From an uncultured Alphaproteobacteria bacterium (lineage in GTDB: Bacteria > Pseudomonadota > Alphaproteobacteria > Methylaequorales > Methylaequoraceae), in contig CAZAFN010000002.1 in assembly GCA_964484795.1 (NCBI GenBank), forward strand, positions 8,352-72,351: 64,000 nucleotides of DNA, in the 5' to 3' direction. The position numbers and the translations under genes are program-made. Shown one piece after another: positions 31,978 through 42,453 of this stretch. The notes under the pieces are model-generated. The model was not told the origin of the DNA. It was given only the letters and a program-made list of their open reading frames with translations, and made no database searches. Numbering within the stretch: position 1 is the stretch's first letter; the number at the start of each line of letters is the position of its first letter.

Positions 31978-33255
31978 ATGAAAGAAGAAACTATTGTTTT
32001 GCACGCTGGTCATAGAAGAGATGAAAGCACAACTTCTGTAACAGTACCAATTTATCAAACCACCTCTTATCAATTTAATAGCACTGATCATGCATCGAAA
32101 TTATTTTCTTTACAAGAATTAGGTAATATCTATACAAGAATAATGAATCCAACTAATGCCGTCTTAGAAGAAAGAATGGCAAAGTTAGAAGGAGGTGCCG
32201 CTGCTTTGGCTGTAAGTTCTGGACAGGCTGCCACTGCATTTTCCATTCAAAACATCTGTCATTCAGGTGATAATTTTATCAGTTCCACTGATCTTTACGG
32301 GGGAACCTGGAATTTATTTTCAAATACTCTAAAAGAAATGGGGATTGAATGTAGGTTCGTTGATCCAGCAAAACCTGAACAATTTGAAAATGCAATTGAT
32401 GATAAAACTAGGTGCATATATGCAGAAACCCTACCTAATCCTAAGCTCCAAGTTTTTCCTATTTCAGAGGTTGCTGCAATAGGAAAAAAAAATCAGGTAC
32501 CATTAATTGTTGATAATACTGCAGCGCCTTATATCTCAAAACCAATCTCTCATGGTGCAAATATAGTTGTATACTCCACAACTAAATATATTGGAGGACA
32601 TGGTCTTTCAATTGGAGGATTAATAATTGATGGAGGCAATTTTGATTGGGAAGCTGCTGGTTCAAGATTTCAAATGATGAACACACCCGACCCAAGTTAT
32701 CACGGAGCTGTTTGGTCCCAAGCTGCAAAACCACTAGGACCAATTGCATATATACTTAGGGCAAGAGTCATTCTTTTGCGAGATCTTGGCTCGTCTATGA
32801 GTCCATTCAATGCATTTACTTTTATTCAAGGGTTAGAAACCCTTCCACTAAGAATGCAAAGACATTGTGAAAATGCAGAAAAAGTCGCAGACTATCTATC
32901 AAAACACAAAAAAGTTGAAAAGACAATTTATCCTAGCCTTATGGATAAAACCTATTTGGAGAGAGCAAAAAAATATATGGATAAAGGTTTTGGGGCTTTA
33001 GTTGGTTTTGAACTAAAAGATGGTGAAGAAGCAGGGAAAAAATTCATAGATAATTTAAAAGTTTTGTACCATGTTGCAAATATTGGTGATGCAAGATCTT
33101 TAGCCATTCATCCTTCTTCAACTACGCACTCTCAACTTTCAGAAGATGAAAAGCTTGCATCTGGAGTTACTCCTGGTTACGTGAGATTGTCTGTTGGAAT
33201 TGAACATATTGACGATATACTTGAGGATCTTGAGCAGGCATTAGACAAATCTTAA
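31978..33255 (+). CDS. metY: O-acetylhomoserine sulfhydrylase
   Basis: Cys/Met-metabolism PLP enzyme (STTKYIGGHG). Start chosen at MKEETIV… with a GGGGAG RBS 8 nt upstream; the track ORF begins 33 nt earlier. Confidence 0.85.
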   Translation: MKEETIVLHAGHRRDESTTSVTVPIYQTTSYQFNSTDHASKLFSLQELGNIYTRIMNPTNAVLEERMAKLEGGAAALAVSSGQAATAFSIQNICHSGDNFISSTDLYGGTWNLFSNTLKEMGIECRFVDPAKPEQFENAIDDKTRCIYAETLPNPKLQVFPISEVAAIGKKNQVPLIVDNTAAPYISKPISHGANIVVYSTTKYIGGHGLSIGGLIIDGGNFDWEAAGSRFQMMNTPDPSYHGAVWSQAAKPLGPIAYILRARVILLRDLGSSMSPFNAFTFIQGLETLPLRMQRHCENAEKVADYLSKHKKVEKTIYPSLMDKTYLERAKKYMDKGFGALVGFELKDGEEAGKKFIDNLKVLYHVANIGDARSLAIHPSSTTHSQLSEDEKLASGVTPGYVRLSVGIEHIDDILEDLEQALDKS

Positions 33256-34257
33256 ATGATCTATTTTAATTCAAGAGGCTTTCCATTTCATAGAGGAAGA
33301 AGATTAAGAATTAACAGCTCATTAAGAGAAATGGTTTCTGAAACGAATCTTTCTCCTAGTGACCTCGTTATGCCATATTTTATTAGAGAAGATAATGACA
33401 ACCCAAACATTGAAATGATGCCTGGCATTAAGAGACATACAGAAACAGAACTGATGGAAGAACTAGAATCTCTGAAAGATCTAGGTATTAAAGCAATATC
33501 TATATTTCCTAAAGTTAATAAAAAAAAAAAATCTAATGATGCAAAAGAAGCTTTTAATGAAAATAATTTAGTTTGCAAAGTTTTAAGGAAAATCACCAAA
33601 AAATTTCCAGAATTAATTGTGATTTGTGATGTGGCTTTAGATGCTTACACTCTAAATGGACACGATGGTTTGACAGACTCTACTGAAAAAATTGATAATG
33701 ATTCCACGATAGAAGTGTTGTCTAAAATGTCCGTCAATTTTGCTGAAAACGGTTGCCGAGTTGTTGCTCCAAGCGATATGATGGATGGAAGAATTAGATC
33801 GATTAGAGAAAGACTAGAATCAAGAAAGTTTCCAGATGTTTGCATACTTTCTTATAGTTCTAAATTTTGTTCAAATTTTTATTCTCCATTTCGAGATGCC
33901 TTAGGCAGTAAAAATAATTTGGGTTCTTCAGATAAGAAAACTTACCAAATTGATTTTAGAAATTCAAATGAAGCTTTAAAGGAATCTCTGGAAGATATAA
34001 ATGAAGGGGCTGACATTGTTATGGTAAAGCCAGCTGGTTATTATCTTGACATAGTAAAAGAATTAAAAACCCATAGTCTAGTTCCTATTTCTGCCTATCA
34101 AGTTAGTGGTGAATATGCCATGATAAAAAAATTACAATATGATAGTATCAATGTTTACAAAGATACAGTTATAGAAAGTATCTATTGTATAAAAAGAGCT
34201 GGAGCAGATATAGTTTTTTCATATTTCTCTAAGGAAGTAGCAGAATGGTTAAGATAA
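33256..34257 (+). CDS. hemB: porphobilinogen synthase (ALA dehydratase)
   Basis: FHRGRRLR…DLVMPYFI N-terminal pattern, active-site Lys region (VMVKPA). Confidence 0.9.
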   Translation: MIYFNSRGFPFHRGRRLRINSSLREMVSETNLSPSDLVMPYFIREDNDNPNIEMMPGIKRHTETELMEELESLKDLGIKAISIFPKVNKKKKSNDAKEAFNENNLVCKVLRKITKKFPELIVICDVALDAYTLNGHDGLTDSTEKIDNDSTIEVLSKMSVNFAENGCRVVAPSDMMDGRIRSIRERLESRKFPDVCILSYSSKFCSNFYSPFRDALGSKNNLGSSDKKTYQIDFRNSNEALKESLEDINEGADIVMVKPAGYYLDIVKELKTHSLVPISAYQVSGEYAMIKKLQYDSINVYKDTVIESIYCIKRAGADIVFSYFSKEVAEWLR

Positions 34258-34338
34258 AAAATCAAAGAATAAACTTGATTTATTAGACTTATAATATTAA
34301 AAAAAATCATCAAATTAAATTATTAATCAGGAGATTTT

Positions 34339-35520
34339 ATGTCAAGAAAACACCCAGGTAGATTTCATATAGCCATTCCAGGCCCTACAAACATTCCAGA
34401 AAGAATTTTAAATGCAATGCATATTTCCTCTGAAGATCAAAGAAACCCAGAAATACCTGAATTAACAATACCACTTTACAAAGATGTGAAAAAAGTTTTT
34501 AAGTCGGAAAAAGGAACGGTTTTACTTTTTCCAGGTTCTGGAACAGGAGCATGGGAATCGGCAATAACAAACACATTGTCTCCTAATGAAAAAGTTTTAA
34601 TTTATCGTTTTGGACAATTTAGTCTTTTATGGACTGATATGTTCAAAAGACTAGGTCTAGATGTAGAGGTTGTTGATAGAGAATGGGGTACTGGAACTCC
34701 TCCTGAAGAAATTGAAAAAACATTAAAAGCTGATACTGATCACAAAATAAGAGTGGTTTGTGTTACTCAAAATGAAACTGCCACTGGTGTTTCATCTCAT
34801 GTTGATGATGTTAGAAAGGCTATGGATTCGGCAAATCATCCAGCTCTTCTTTTTGTTGATGGTGTTAGTTCTATTGCATCAATTGATTTTCGAATGGATG
34901 AATGGAAAGTAGATTGTGCAATTTCTGGTTCACAAAAAGGTTTTATGCTTCCATCGGGTATGGCCATTATGTGTGTTAGTGAAAAGGCATTAGAAGCTCA
35001 TAAAACAGCAAAATTAAAAAGATGCTATTATTCGTGGGAAGATCAAATTGCAACCAATAAAGATGGATATTTTCCATATACCCCTCAAATTCCAATGTTA
35101 AGAGCTCTTCAAGAATCTTGCAATATGTTATTTGAAGAGGGACTTGAAAATGTATTTAAACGTCACCACAGAATTGCAGAGGGAGTTAGGCAAGCAGTAC
35201 TGGAAGGGTGGAATCTTAAATTGTGTGCTAAAGAAAAATATTGGTATTCCGACACAGTTACGGCTGTGGTTGTACCTGAAGATAAGGATGCCAAAGAGGT
35301 ATTGTCAACAGCTTTTAGTAAATATCATCTTTCTTTAGGAGCAGGTTTAACCCAAGTGGCTGGAAAAGTTTTTAGAATTGGTCATCTGGGAGACTTAAAT
35401 GAACTTCAAACTTCGGCATTTATATCTGGTGCTGAGATGGCTATGATAGATTCTGGAATAAATGTTAAACCTGGAAGTGGTATGGCTGCTGCCTCAGAAT
35501 ATTGGAGAAAGAATTTATAA
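34339..35520 (+). CDS. serine-glyoxylate / alanine-glyoxylate aminotransferase (class V)
   Basis: Class-V aminotransferase pattern with PLP-Lys (SGSQKGFMLP). Confidence 0.75.
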   Translation: MSRKHPGRFHIAIPGPTNIPERILNAMHISSEDQRNPEIPELTIPLYKDVKKVFKSEKGTVLLFPGSGTGAWESAITNTLSPNEKVLIYRFGQFSLLWTDMFKRLGLDVEVVDREWGTGTPPEEIEKTLKADTDHKIRVVCVTQNETATGVSSHVDDVRKAMDSANHPALLFVDGVSSIASIDFRMDEWKVDCAISGSQKGFMLPSGMAIMCVSEKALEAHKTAKLKRCYYSWEDQIATNKDGYFPYTPQIPMLRALQESCNMLFEEGLENVFKRHHRIAEGVRQAVLEGWNLKLCAKEKYWYSDTVTAVVVPEDKDAKEVLSTAFSKYHLSLGAGLTQVAGKVFRIGHLGDLNELQTSAFISGAEMAMIDSGINVKPGSGMAAASEYWRKNL

Positions 35521-35526
35521 AGTCTT

Positions 35527-36498
35527 ATGAAAGATATAAAAGTATTAGTAACCAGAAAATGGCCTAAAAAAGTAGAAAGCAAATTATCACAAACTTTTGA
35601 TACAAAGTTGAATGTATCTGACACACCTTTAACTGAATCAGAATTAATTAAAGCAATGCAAGACTATGATGCTTTATTACCTACTGTAACTGATAAAATA
35701 AACGATAATATTATTAGTTGTGAAAATAGAAAAGTAAAAGTTATTGGTAATTTTGGTGTTGGGTTCAACAATATTGATATTGATTCTGCAAAAAAAAATG
35801 GGATTGTTGTAACTAATACTCCTGAAGTCTTAACTGATTGTACAGCTGACATTGCAATGTTATTGATGCTTGGAGTTGCCAGAAGAGCTGGAGAAGGAGA
35901 GCCTCATGTTAGAAATAGCGAATGGTCAGGTTGGAGACCTACTCATATGATGGGGACAAAAGTAACGGGAAAAGTTCTAGGCCTTGTTGGAATGGGAAGA
36001 ATTGCTCAAGCGATGGCACAAAAGTCCCATTTTGGATTTGGTATGAAAATCATTTACTTTGATCCATATTTTAAAGATGAAAAAATTAAAAATAAGTTTT
36101 CAGCTAAATCATGTGATTCAATTGATGCTTTGCTTTCAGAGGCCGATTTTGTCTCTCTTCACTGTCCATCAACATCGGAAACTCAAGGTTTAATTAATAA
36201 TGAAAAATTAAAAAAGATGAAAAATTCTGCATATTTAATCAACACTGCAAGAGGAGATATTGTAGTTGAAGATGATTTAATCTCTGCACTTAAAACTAAT
36301 TTGATTAAAGGTGCTGGTTTGGACGTTTACTTAAATGAACCAAATGTGCCTGAAACTCTAAGAAATTTATCAAATGTTTTTTTATTACCCCACCTTGGCA
36401 GTGCTACCGAGGAAACGAGAGAAGCAATGGGTATGAGAGTTTTTGAAAATGTTTCTTCATTTTTTAATAACAAAGAACCTAAAGACAGAGTAGTTTGA
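35527..36498 (+). CDS. D-2-hydroxyacid dehydrogenase (glycerate dehydrogenase / hydroxypyruvate reductase-like)
   Basis: NAD-binding GLVGMGRIAQAMA, catalytic His region (LPHLGSAT). Confidence 0.7.
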   Translation: MKDIKVLVTRKWPKKVESKLSQTFDTKLNVSDTPLTESELIKAMQDYDALLPTVTDKINDNIISCENRKVKVIGNFGVGFNNIDIDSAKKNGIVVTNTPEVLTDCTADIAMLLMLGVARRAGEGEPHVRNSEWSGWRPTHMMGTKVTGKVLGLVGMGRIAQAMAQKSHFGFGMKIIYFDPYFKDEKIKNKFSAKSCDSIDALLSEADFVSLHCPSTSETQGLINNEKLKKMKNSAYLINTARGDIVVEDDLISALKTNLIKGAGLDVYLNEPNVPETLRNLSNVFLLPHLGSATEETREAMGMRVFENVSSFFNNKEPKDRVV

Positions 36499-36502
36499 TC
36501 AA

Positions 36503-37864
36503 GTGAAAAACTCTAGAAGAGTTGACACAAAATTAGAGGATTTTACTAATCACTTAGTTGAACTTTTTGATTTTGGAGTTTCTCAAGTTAAACCACAAAA
36601 TATTCTAGGAAATTTTCTGTCATGTGACGACAGGAAAATTGTAGTTACAGAAAAAAAAAGAGAAATTATTTATCCAAACATAAATCAAGTATTTATTCTT
36701 TGTATCGGAAAAGCTTCTACTAATATGGCTAAGACTGCTAAAAAAATATTATCTAGTTCAAAATGTAAAATAAAAAATGGAGTAGTTGTTGTTAACAAGG
36801 AAAACTTCAAAAATGTAAATGGTTTCAAATGTTTTTCATCTGGTCATCCAATCCCAAATTCCAACGGTTTAAAAGCTTCAAAATTTATTAAAAAATATCT
36901 ACAAAATTCAACTAAAAAGGACCTAGTTTTAGTTTTCTTATCAGGAGGAGGATCTTCACTATTGCCATTTCCAGCTCCAGGCATAACACTCAAAGATAAA
37001 ATCAAGATGAACAAAATACTTTTAGAATCTGGAGCAAACATAAAAGAAATTAATACTGTAAGAAAACATCTTTCACTAATAAAAGGTGGAAACCTTGCAA
37101 AAATGTGTATGCCATCAAATGTACATTGTTTTGTTCTTTCAGATGTTGTAGGTGATGACTTAAGTTCAATAGCAAGTGGATTAACAACACCTGACAATTC
37201 AACTTTCTCAGACGCAGAAAAGATTATGAAGAAATACAAAATATGGAAAAAATCACCAAAACAGATTCAAAATCACATTCTGTTAGGTCTTAAAAATAAA
37301 AAATTAGAAACACCAAAGGAAAATAATTCTATTTTCTGGAAAGTCAAAAACACATTGATTGGTAGCAATAATATTTGCCTTCAGAACATACAAGAACATT
37401 CTAACAAAAATAATATTAAATCTAAAATTTGGAAAAAAAATATTGATGAAGATGTTATTGTTCTTTCAAAACAGTTCACTGAATATTTGACAAAACAAAA
37501 ACATAAAAAACCTTTCTTATTAATTTCTGGTGGTGAAACAACTGTTAAGATTAGGGGAAAGGGTAAAGGAGGTAGAAACCAAGAATTTGCACTTCAATTT
37601 TTAAAAGAAATTAAAAAGAAAAAGCCTTCTCTTAAATTTATACTTCTTTCTGCAGGAACAGATGGTCGAGATGGTCCAACAAATGCTGCGGGTGCAATGA
37701 TCAACCACAACTCTCTAAAAGAAATTAAAATAAAAAAAATAGATCTAACTAAAGAACTCAGAAACAATAACTCTTATGAGGTATTGAAAAAAATAAAATC
37801 ACTTGTAATAATAAAAGGAACGGATACAAATGTTGCTGATGTCCAACTATTGTTTCTTATTTAG
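36503..37864 (+). CDS. glycerate 2-kinase (MOFRL family), GTG start
   Basis: MOFRL-family pattern (…LLISGGETTVKIRGKGKGGRNQEFAL…). Confidence 0.7.
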   Translation: MKNSRRVDTKLEDFTNHLVELFDFGVSQVKPQNILGNFLSCDDRKIVVTEKKREIIYPNINQVFILCIGKASTNMAKTAKKILSSSKCKIKNGVVVVNKENFKNVNGFKCFSSGHPIPNSNGLKASKFIKKYLQNSTKKDLVLVFLSGGGSSLLPFPAPGITLKDKIKMNKILLESGANIKEINTVRKHLSLIKGGNLAKMCMPSNVHCFVLSDVVGDDLSSIASGLTTPDNSTFSDAEKIMKKYKIWKKSPKQIQNHILLGLKNKKLETPKENNSIFWKVKNTLIGSNNICLQNIQEHSNKNNIKSKIWKKNIDEDVIVLSKQFTEYLTKQKHKKPFLLISGGETTVKIRGKGKGGRNQEFALQFLKEIKKKKPSLKFILLSAGTDGRDGPTNAAGAMINHNSLKEIKIKKIDLTKELRNNNSYEVLKKIKSLVIIKGTDTNVADVQLLFLI

Positions 37865-37866
37865 GA

Positions 37867-38598
37867 ATGGATGTTTTAAAAAAAAATAACGTATCACTAA
37901 AAAGTTCTCTAGATTTTCCATGTTCATACATAGTTGGGAATAAGGAAAGAAGACTCTACGTCAATTTTAAGAATTCCCAAAAGAAGAAATTTCTGATCAC
38001 TGAATTTACCAAAAATGGATTCCGAAGAAATTATGATCATATGTATATTCCCGTATGTACTAATTGTCGATTATGCGTCTCATCGAGAATCGATGTTCAA
38101 AACTTTGTGCTTTCTAAAAGTAACAAAAGAAATCTCTATCTTAATAAGGATCTAGTTCTTAAAAAAAAAGTTGTGAATTTAAACAATCAACGATTTAAAT
38201 TGTTTAAAGAATATTGTCAAGCAAGACATAAAGAAGGTCAAATGAAAGAAATGAATATGCAAGAGTTTGAAAATTTTTTTTATAAAGCACCTAACAAAAT
38301 AGAAATATATGATCTCATTGACAAAAAAAAGGAATTATATGGATCAATTTTACTTGATATTTTAGAAGATGGTTATTCTGCTGTTTATAGTTTCTTCAAT
38401 CCAACATACAACACTCGTGGTCTAGGGAAAAACTTAATATTAAGAATCATCCATGAACTCAAGTTAAAAAAAAAAACTTATTTATATTTAGGTTTTTGGG
38501 TAAAAGAATCAAAAAAGATGAGTTATAAAATGTCATTTGATAGTGTTCAACTATTTGTTAACGGGAAATGGTTGAGCAAGAATCTTGTAAATTTCTGA
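37867..38598 (+). CDS. bpt: arginyl-tRNA-protein transferase-family leucyltransferase (Bpt)
   Basis: Ate1/Bpt N-terminal Cys cluster (CSYIV…CTNCRLCVSSR) and GNAT-like C-terminal domain. Confidence 0.7.
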   Translation: MDVLKKNNVSLKSSLDFPCSYIVGNKERRLYVNFKNSQKKKFLITEFTKNGFRRNYDHMYIPVCTNCRLCVSSRIDVQNFVLSKSNKRNLYLNKDLVLKKKVVNLNNQRFKLFKEYCQARHKEGQMKEMNMQEFENFFYKAPNKIEIYDLIDKKKELYGSILLDILEDGYSAVYSFFNPTYNTRGLGKNLILRIIHELKLKKKTYLYLGFWVKESKKMSYKMSFDSVQLFVNGKWLSKNLVNF

Positions 38599-39295
38599 CT
38601 TTCATTATCAATTGACTCCTGAAAATAAATTTTTTAGCATTTTGATCAAAATTTTTTTCAAAGAAGTAACTAGTTATTCTTAATGCTTCAGAAATTTGAT
38701 TAAAATTAGGTTTAGAATTATCATTTTTTAAAAAATCAGGAATCTTAAATAATTGTTTTTCATATTTTTTTCCTACTGAATAACTAACTGCATTGCCAGA
38801 TTTAGGTGATAGAAAATAAATATTTTCTCTGACACCTGTCACAGCACATTGATTAAAATTCAAGCCATAACCAATATTCTTTAAAAAATTTAACTCCCAG
38901 ATTATATAGTCATATAAAATTTTTTTTTTACTATCTTCACTTGATTCTGCCAATCTTTCTAATTCAACATAAACTTCATAATTTTTTTGCCACAAAGGAA
39001 GTAATTTTAAACATAATTCAGCAGCACTAGCTTTAATAAGTGATAAAAGAAATAATTTATTATTAACAATTGATGAATCTTTAATATCAAAATTCATAAA
39101 ACCCAATCCATCAGTTGTTCTAGATTTCCAGGTAAAAAATATTTTGTCAAGGTTTGAAACTGAGAATTTATTATTTTTGGTAGGTTTAGTAAATCCTTTG
39201 ATCAATCCATTTTGTCTTGATAAAACATACATAATCTTTGAAGTTTCCCCATATTTTTTAGATCCAAGAAAAAAACCTTCATCAACAATTTTCAT
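38558..39295 (-). CDS. recO: DNA repair protein RecO
   Basis: N-terminal OB-fold pattern (EGFFLGSKKYGETSKIMYVLSR…); conserved era-recO order. Confidence 0.75.
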   Translation of the reverse strand: MKIVDEGFFLGSKKYGETSKIMYVLSRQNGLIKGFTKPTKNNKFSVSNLDKIFFTWKSRTTDGLGFMNFDIKDSSIVNNKLFLLSLIKASAAELCLKLLPLWQKNYEVYVELERLAESSEDSKKKILYDYIIWELNFLKNIGYGLNFNQCAVTGVRENIYFLSPKSGNAVSYSVGKKYEKQLFKIPDFLKNDNSKPNFNQISEALRITSYFFEKNFDQNAKKFIFRSQLIMKVRNLQDSCSTISR

Positions 39296-39312
39296 ATTTA
39301 TTCCATCTTAAA

Positions 39313-40122
39313 TTAATTGTTTTTTTTCAACACAATCAAATCTAAATAAATCTTTTTTTTAAGTAATTTCTCAATATCAATTCTTGATCTTATTCCTATT
39401 TCTTTGATTTTTTTTCCACTTTTACCTATTATAATGGACTTTTGGGAATCCTTGTCGGTTAGAATTTTTTGGTGAATGCTAATTAATTTTCCAGCATCCT
39501 TAATTTCTGTTTCAACCTGAACTGAGTATGGCAATTCTTTGTTTAGAAGCTGGAAAATTTTTTCTCTTGTAATTTCAGAAACCTGAAATCTTATGCTTTT
39601 GTCAGTTTGAATGCTTTTTTCATAAACCCAAGATCTGGTTGGCATATGCAAACTAATTTTCTTAATTAAATATTTAACATCCTTATTTTTCTTTGCTGAA
39701 ATCATAAAAGTTTCCTTGAAGTTAAAAAACATATTTAATTTTTCAGAAATCTCTAATAAATTCTTCCTCGGAACAAGATCAATTTTATTAATAACCAAAA
39801 AATTTTTTTTGTAAAAATTAAATATCTTTGTTAAGTGGATTATTTGATTTTCTGTTATTTTTTTTAAAACATCAAAAATAAAAATATTTAAATCGATATT
39901 GTCATTATTTTTTGTTAATGATCTAGCTAAGTTTTTACTTTGATGTTTTTTTGAAAAAACAATTCCGGGTGTATCAGAAAATATCAATTGTGTATTCTTA
40001 TAATTAACAATACCCTTAATTTCATCCTTAGTAGTCTGAACTTTAGAGGATACTATGGAAATTTTCTTTTTTATAATTGCATTTAAAAGTGTTGATTTTC
40101 CTGAGTTGGGGAAACCAGACAA
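39313..40122 (-). CDS. era: GTPase Era (true start probably non-ATG, slightly upstream)
   Basis: G1 SGFPNSGKST, G3 DTPG, G4 NKID, C-terminal KH domain. The frame stays open upstream through KKKCGLILLSGF… with no in-frame ATG. Confidence 0.85.
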   Translation of the reverse strand: MSGFPNSGKSTLLNAIIKKKISIVSSKVQTTKDEIKGIVNYKNTQLIFSDTPGIVFSKKHQSKNLARSLTKNNDNIDLNIFIFDVLKKITENQIIHLTKIFNFYKKNFLVINKIDLVPRKNLLEISEKLNMFFNFKETFMISAKKNKDVKYLIKKISLHMPTRSWVYEKSIQTDKSIRFQVSEITREKIFQLLNKELPYSVQVETEIKDAGKLISIHQKILTDKDSQKSIIIGKSGKKIKEIGIRSRIDIEKLLKKKIYLDLIVLKKNN

Positions 40123-40151
40123 TAAAATTAATCCACATTTTTTTTTATATA

Positions 40152-40823
40152 TTAATAAAATTTTTTTAATAATTTTGTGGCCGCATTTATTTCTGCATCT
40201 TGTTTGCTTTTACCTTTTGCAGTTGAAAAAGACTGATCATCAATCTTAACTTTAATTGTAAAAACAGGCTTGTGATCAGGTCCAATTTTTTTAATTAATT
40301 CATAAGTTGGCAATCTTTTTTTATTTTTTAAACACCATTCTTGCAATTTAGACTTTGGATCATAGAGCGGTAAATCATCTTCATTTAAATATTTTTTCCA
40401 TAATTTCAAAATAATCTTTGATGCCACTTCTAAGTTTGAATCCAGAAAGATTGCTGCAACTAACGCTTCAAGTGAATTGGCTTTTATGGATTCAATTGAA
40501 GATTTGCTAAGATCATTTGCTAATTTAACATACTGATCCAGACTAATGTCACCTGCTACTTTTTTAAGAGTTTTTTTGCAAACCAAATATGACAATCTTT
40601 TAGCCAAGTCTCCCTCGGATTCATCTTTAAACTTTTGGTAAATTTCATTTGAAATTATCAACCCTAAAACTCTATCACCTAAAAATTCAAGCCTTTCATA
40701 ATTAAATTTTTTAGAATTTTCGTTAAAACTAGAATGGGTTATTGCAACATCTAATAAACTCAAATCTTTAAAACTGTAAGAGATTTTTTTCATTAAAGTG
40801 GTGTAATCATTCATCGCACTCAT
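40152..40823 (-). CDS. rnc: ribonuclease III
   Basis: ERLEFLGDRVLGL signature, C-terminal dsRBD. Start set at the internal Met (MSAMNDY…) whose ATG overlaps the lepB stop (TAATG); the track ORF extends 66 nt further. Confidence 0.85.
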   Translation of the reverse strand: MSAMNDYTTLMKKISYSFKDLSLLDVAITHSSFNENSKKFNYERLEFLGDRVLGLIISNEIYQKFKDESEGDLAKRLSYLVCKKTLKKVAGDISLDQYVKLANDLSKSSIESIKANSLEALVAAIFLDSNLEVASKIILKLWKKYLNEDDLPLYDPKSKLQEWCLKNKKRLPTYELIKKIGPDHKPVFTIKVKIDDQSFSTAKGKSKQDAEINAATKLLKKFY

Positions 40824-41659
40824 TAACCATTTTCTGGTAATAAACTTACAAAAAATCTGTTCTTTCTGAGAGCCGGGTACCAGGTCCAAAATTTCAGAAA
40901 ACTTCCAATTTCTGCATCAAAAGATATAAAAACAAGCTCTGCTCTACCTATAAGGTTCTTTTTGGGAACAAAACCAATAAATCTACTATCCAATGAATTA
41001 TCTCTATTATCTCCTAAGACAAAATAAGAATCACTAGGTATCACTGTTTCTTTAAAATAATCTGTTTGTTTGATTTTTTTTTTGTTTTCATAAACATTAT
41101 AAGAATTTCCATTTGGAAGAGTTTCTTTAAACTTACCTAGAAAGTATGAAGTGTTGTGTCGGGCATCATTATATTTTTCATCACCAACAAATTCTCTACT
41201 AATTTTTTCTCCATTTAGAAAAATTTGATTTGATTCTATTTTTATCTTATCTCCAGGCAGTCCTATCAATCTTTTAATGTAGTCAGTTTCGTTGTCTTGA
41301 GGTGTTTTGAAAACCACAACATCGCCTCTTTCCGGTTGACTAAAAAAAATTCTACTTGGGATCAGAGGGATGCTGAAAGGAAGTGAATGTTTAGAAAAAC
41401 CATAAGAAGATTTTGACACAAACAGATAATCTCCAACCTTTAAGGTAGGATACATTGACCCAGAAGGAATGCTAAAAGGTTCATAGAAAAAACTTCTAAT
41501 AACAAGGGCTGCCAAGATTGCATAAAAAATTGACCTAAAATTTTCTTTAACCTTGTCTTTAGACTTTAGGACTATAGGTTTTTTTTCATCCTTCTGAATT
41601 TCATCATTAAAATCTAATTTATCTTTTAACTCTTCTTTTAATTTTTTTTTCATTTGCAA
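40823..41659 (-). CDS. lepB: signal peptidase I
   Basis: Catalytic boxes SGSMYPTL, KRLIGLPGD, GDNRDNSLDSRF. Confidence 0.85.
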   Translation of the reverse strand: MQMKKKLKEELKDKLDFNDEIQKDEKKPIVLKSKDKVKENFRSIFYAILAALVIRSFFYEPFSIPSGSMYPTLKVGDYLFVSKSSYGFSKHSLPFSIPLIPSRIFFSQPERGDVVVFKTPQDNETDYIKRLIGLPGDKIKIESNQIFLNGEKISREFVGDEKYNDARHNTSYFLGKFKETLPNGNSYNVYENKKKIKQTDYFKETVIPSDSYFVLGDNRDNSLDSRFIGFVPKKNLIGRAELVFISFDAEIGSFLKFWTWYPALRKNRFFVSLLPENG

Positions 41660-41718
41660 TAAGAATCTAATATTATGGTTTTATATACCAATTCAAATAT
41701 CTTATCATTAAAAATAAT

Positions 41719-42453
41719 CTAAGAATTCTTGTGTCCTATTATTTTCATAAAGTTCTTTATGGTGGATTCCAGCCCATCAAATAAAGACTGAGAGATTAAA
41801 AAATGTCCTACATTTAACTCAACAACTTCTGGAATAGATGAAATGTTACTAACATTTTTAAAATCCAGCCCATGGCCTGCATGACATTCCAAACCAATTT
41901 CAGAACAAAAAGTGGCAGCATCAAAAATTTTTTTCAATTCATCATCAAAATTTTTGTGCTTGAATAATCTTGAATACTTTCCCGTATGCAACTCTACAGC
42001 ATAAACCCCAAGTTCCTTGGCAGCTTTAATCTGGTTTAAATCAGGATCAATAAACAATGAAGTTCTTATTCCACTTTCTATTATTTCTGGTAAAAAACTG
42101 CTTAAATAATGCTTTTGATTTTTAACATCTAATCCTCCTTCAGTCGTCAATTCTTCCCTTCTTTCAGGTACTATACAACATGCAAAAGGAAAAGTTTTGA
42201 GGCAAATTTTTTTCATTTCATTTGTCGCTGCCATTTCTAAATTCAATGGCAGAAGATTAGATGATTTCAAATCCATCACATCTTGGTCTCTGATATGCCT
42301 TCTATCTTCACGCAAATGGACCGTTATACTATCAACTTTTATTTCTCTTAATTTTTTTGCCACTCTAATTATGTTTGGAAAGTCTTCGTCTCTAGCATTG
42401 CGAAGAGTTGCAACATGATCAATATTAATCCCTAGTTTTATTTTTTCTTTCAT
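41719..42453 (-). CDS. pdxJ: pyridoxine 5'-phosphate synthase
   Basis: LGINIDHVATLRNAR start and TIM-barrel length. Confidence 0.9.
   Translation of the reverse strand: MKEKIKLGINIDHVATLRNARDEDFPNIIRVAKKLREIKVDSITVHLREDRRHIRDQDVMDLKSSNLLPLNLEMAATNEMKKICLKTFPFACCIVPERREELTTEGGLDVKNQKHYLSSFLPEIIESGIRTSLFIDPDLNQIKAAKELGVYAVELHTGKYSRLFKHKNFDDELKKIFDAATFCSEIGLECHAGHGLDFKNVSNISSIPEVVELNVGHFLISQSLFDGLESTIKNFMKIIGHKNS

Noticed and set aside
39313-40122. Era appearing N-terminally truncated (track ORF starts inside the P-loop region), which might suggest a pseudogene.
   Set aside because: The reading frame stays open upstream through the full G1 motif context (…CGLILLSGFPNSGKST) and all other G-motifs and the KH domain are intact. 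A non-ATG start overlapping rnc is more plausible than pseudogenisation.
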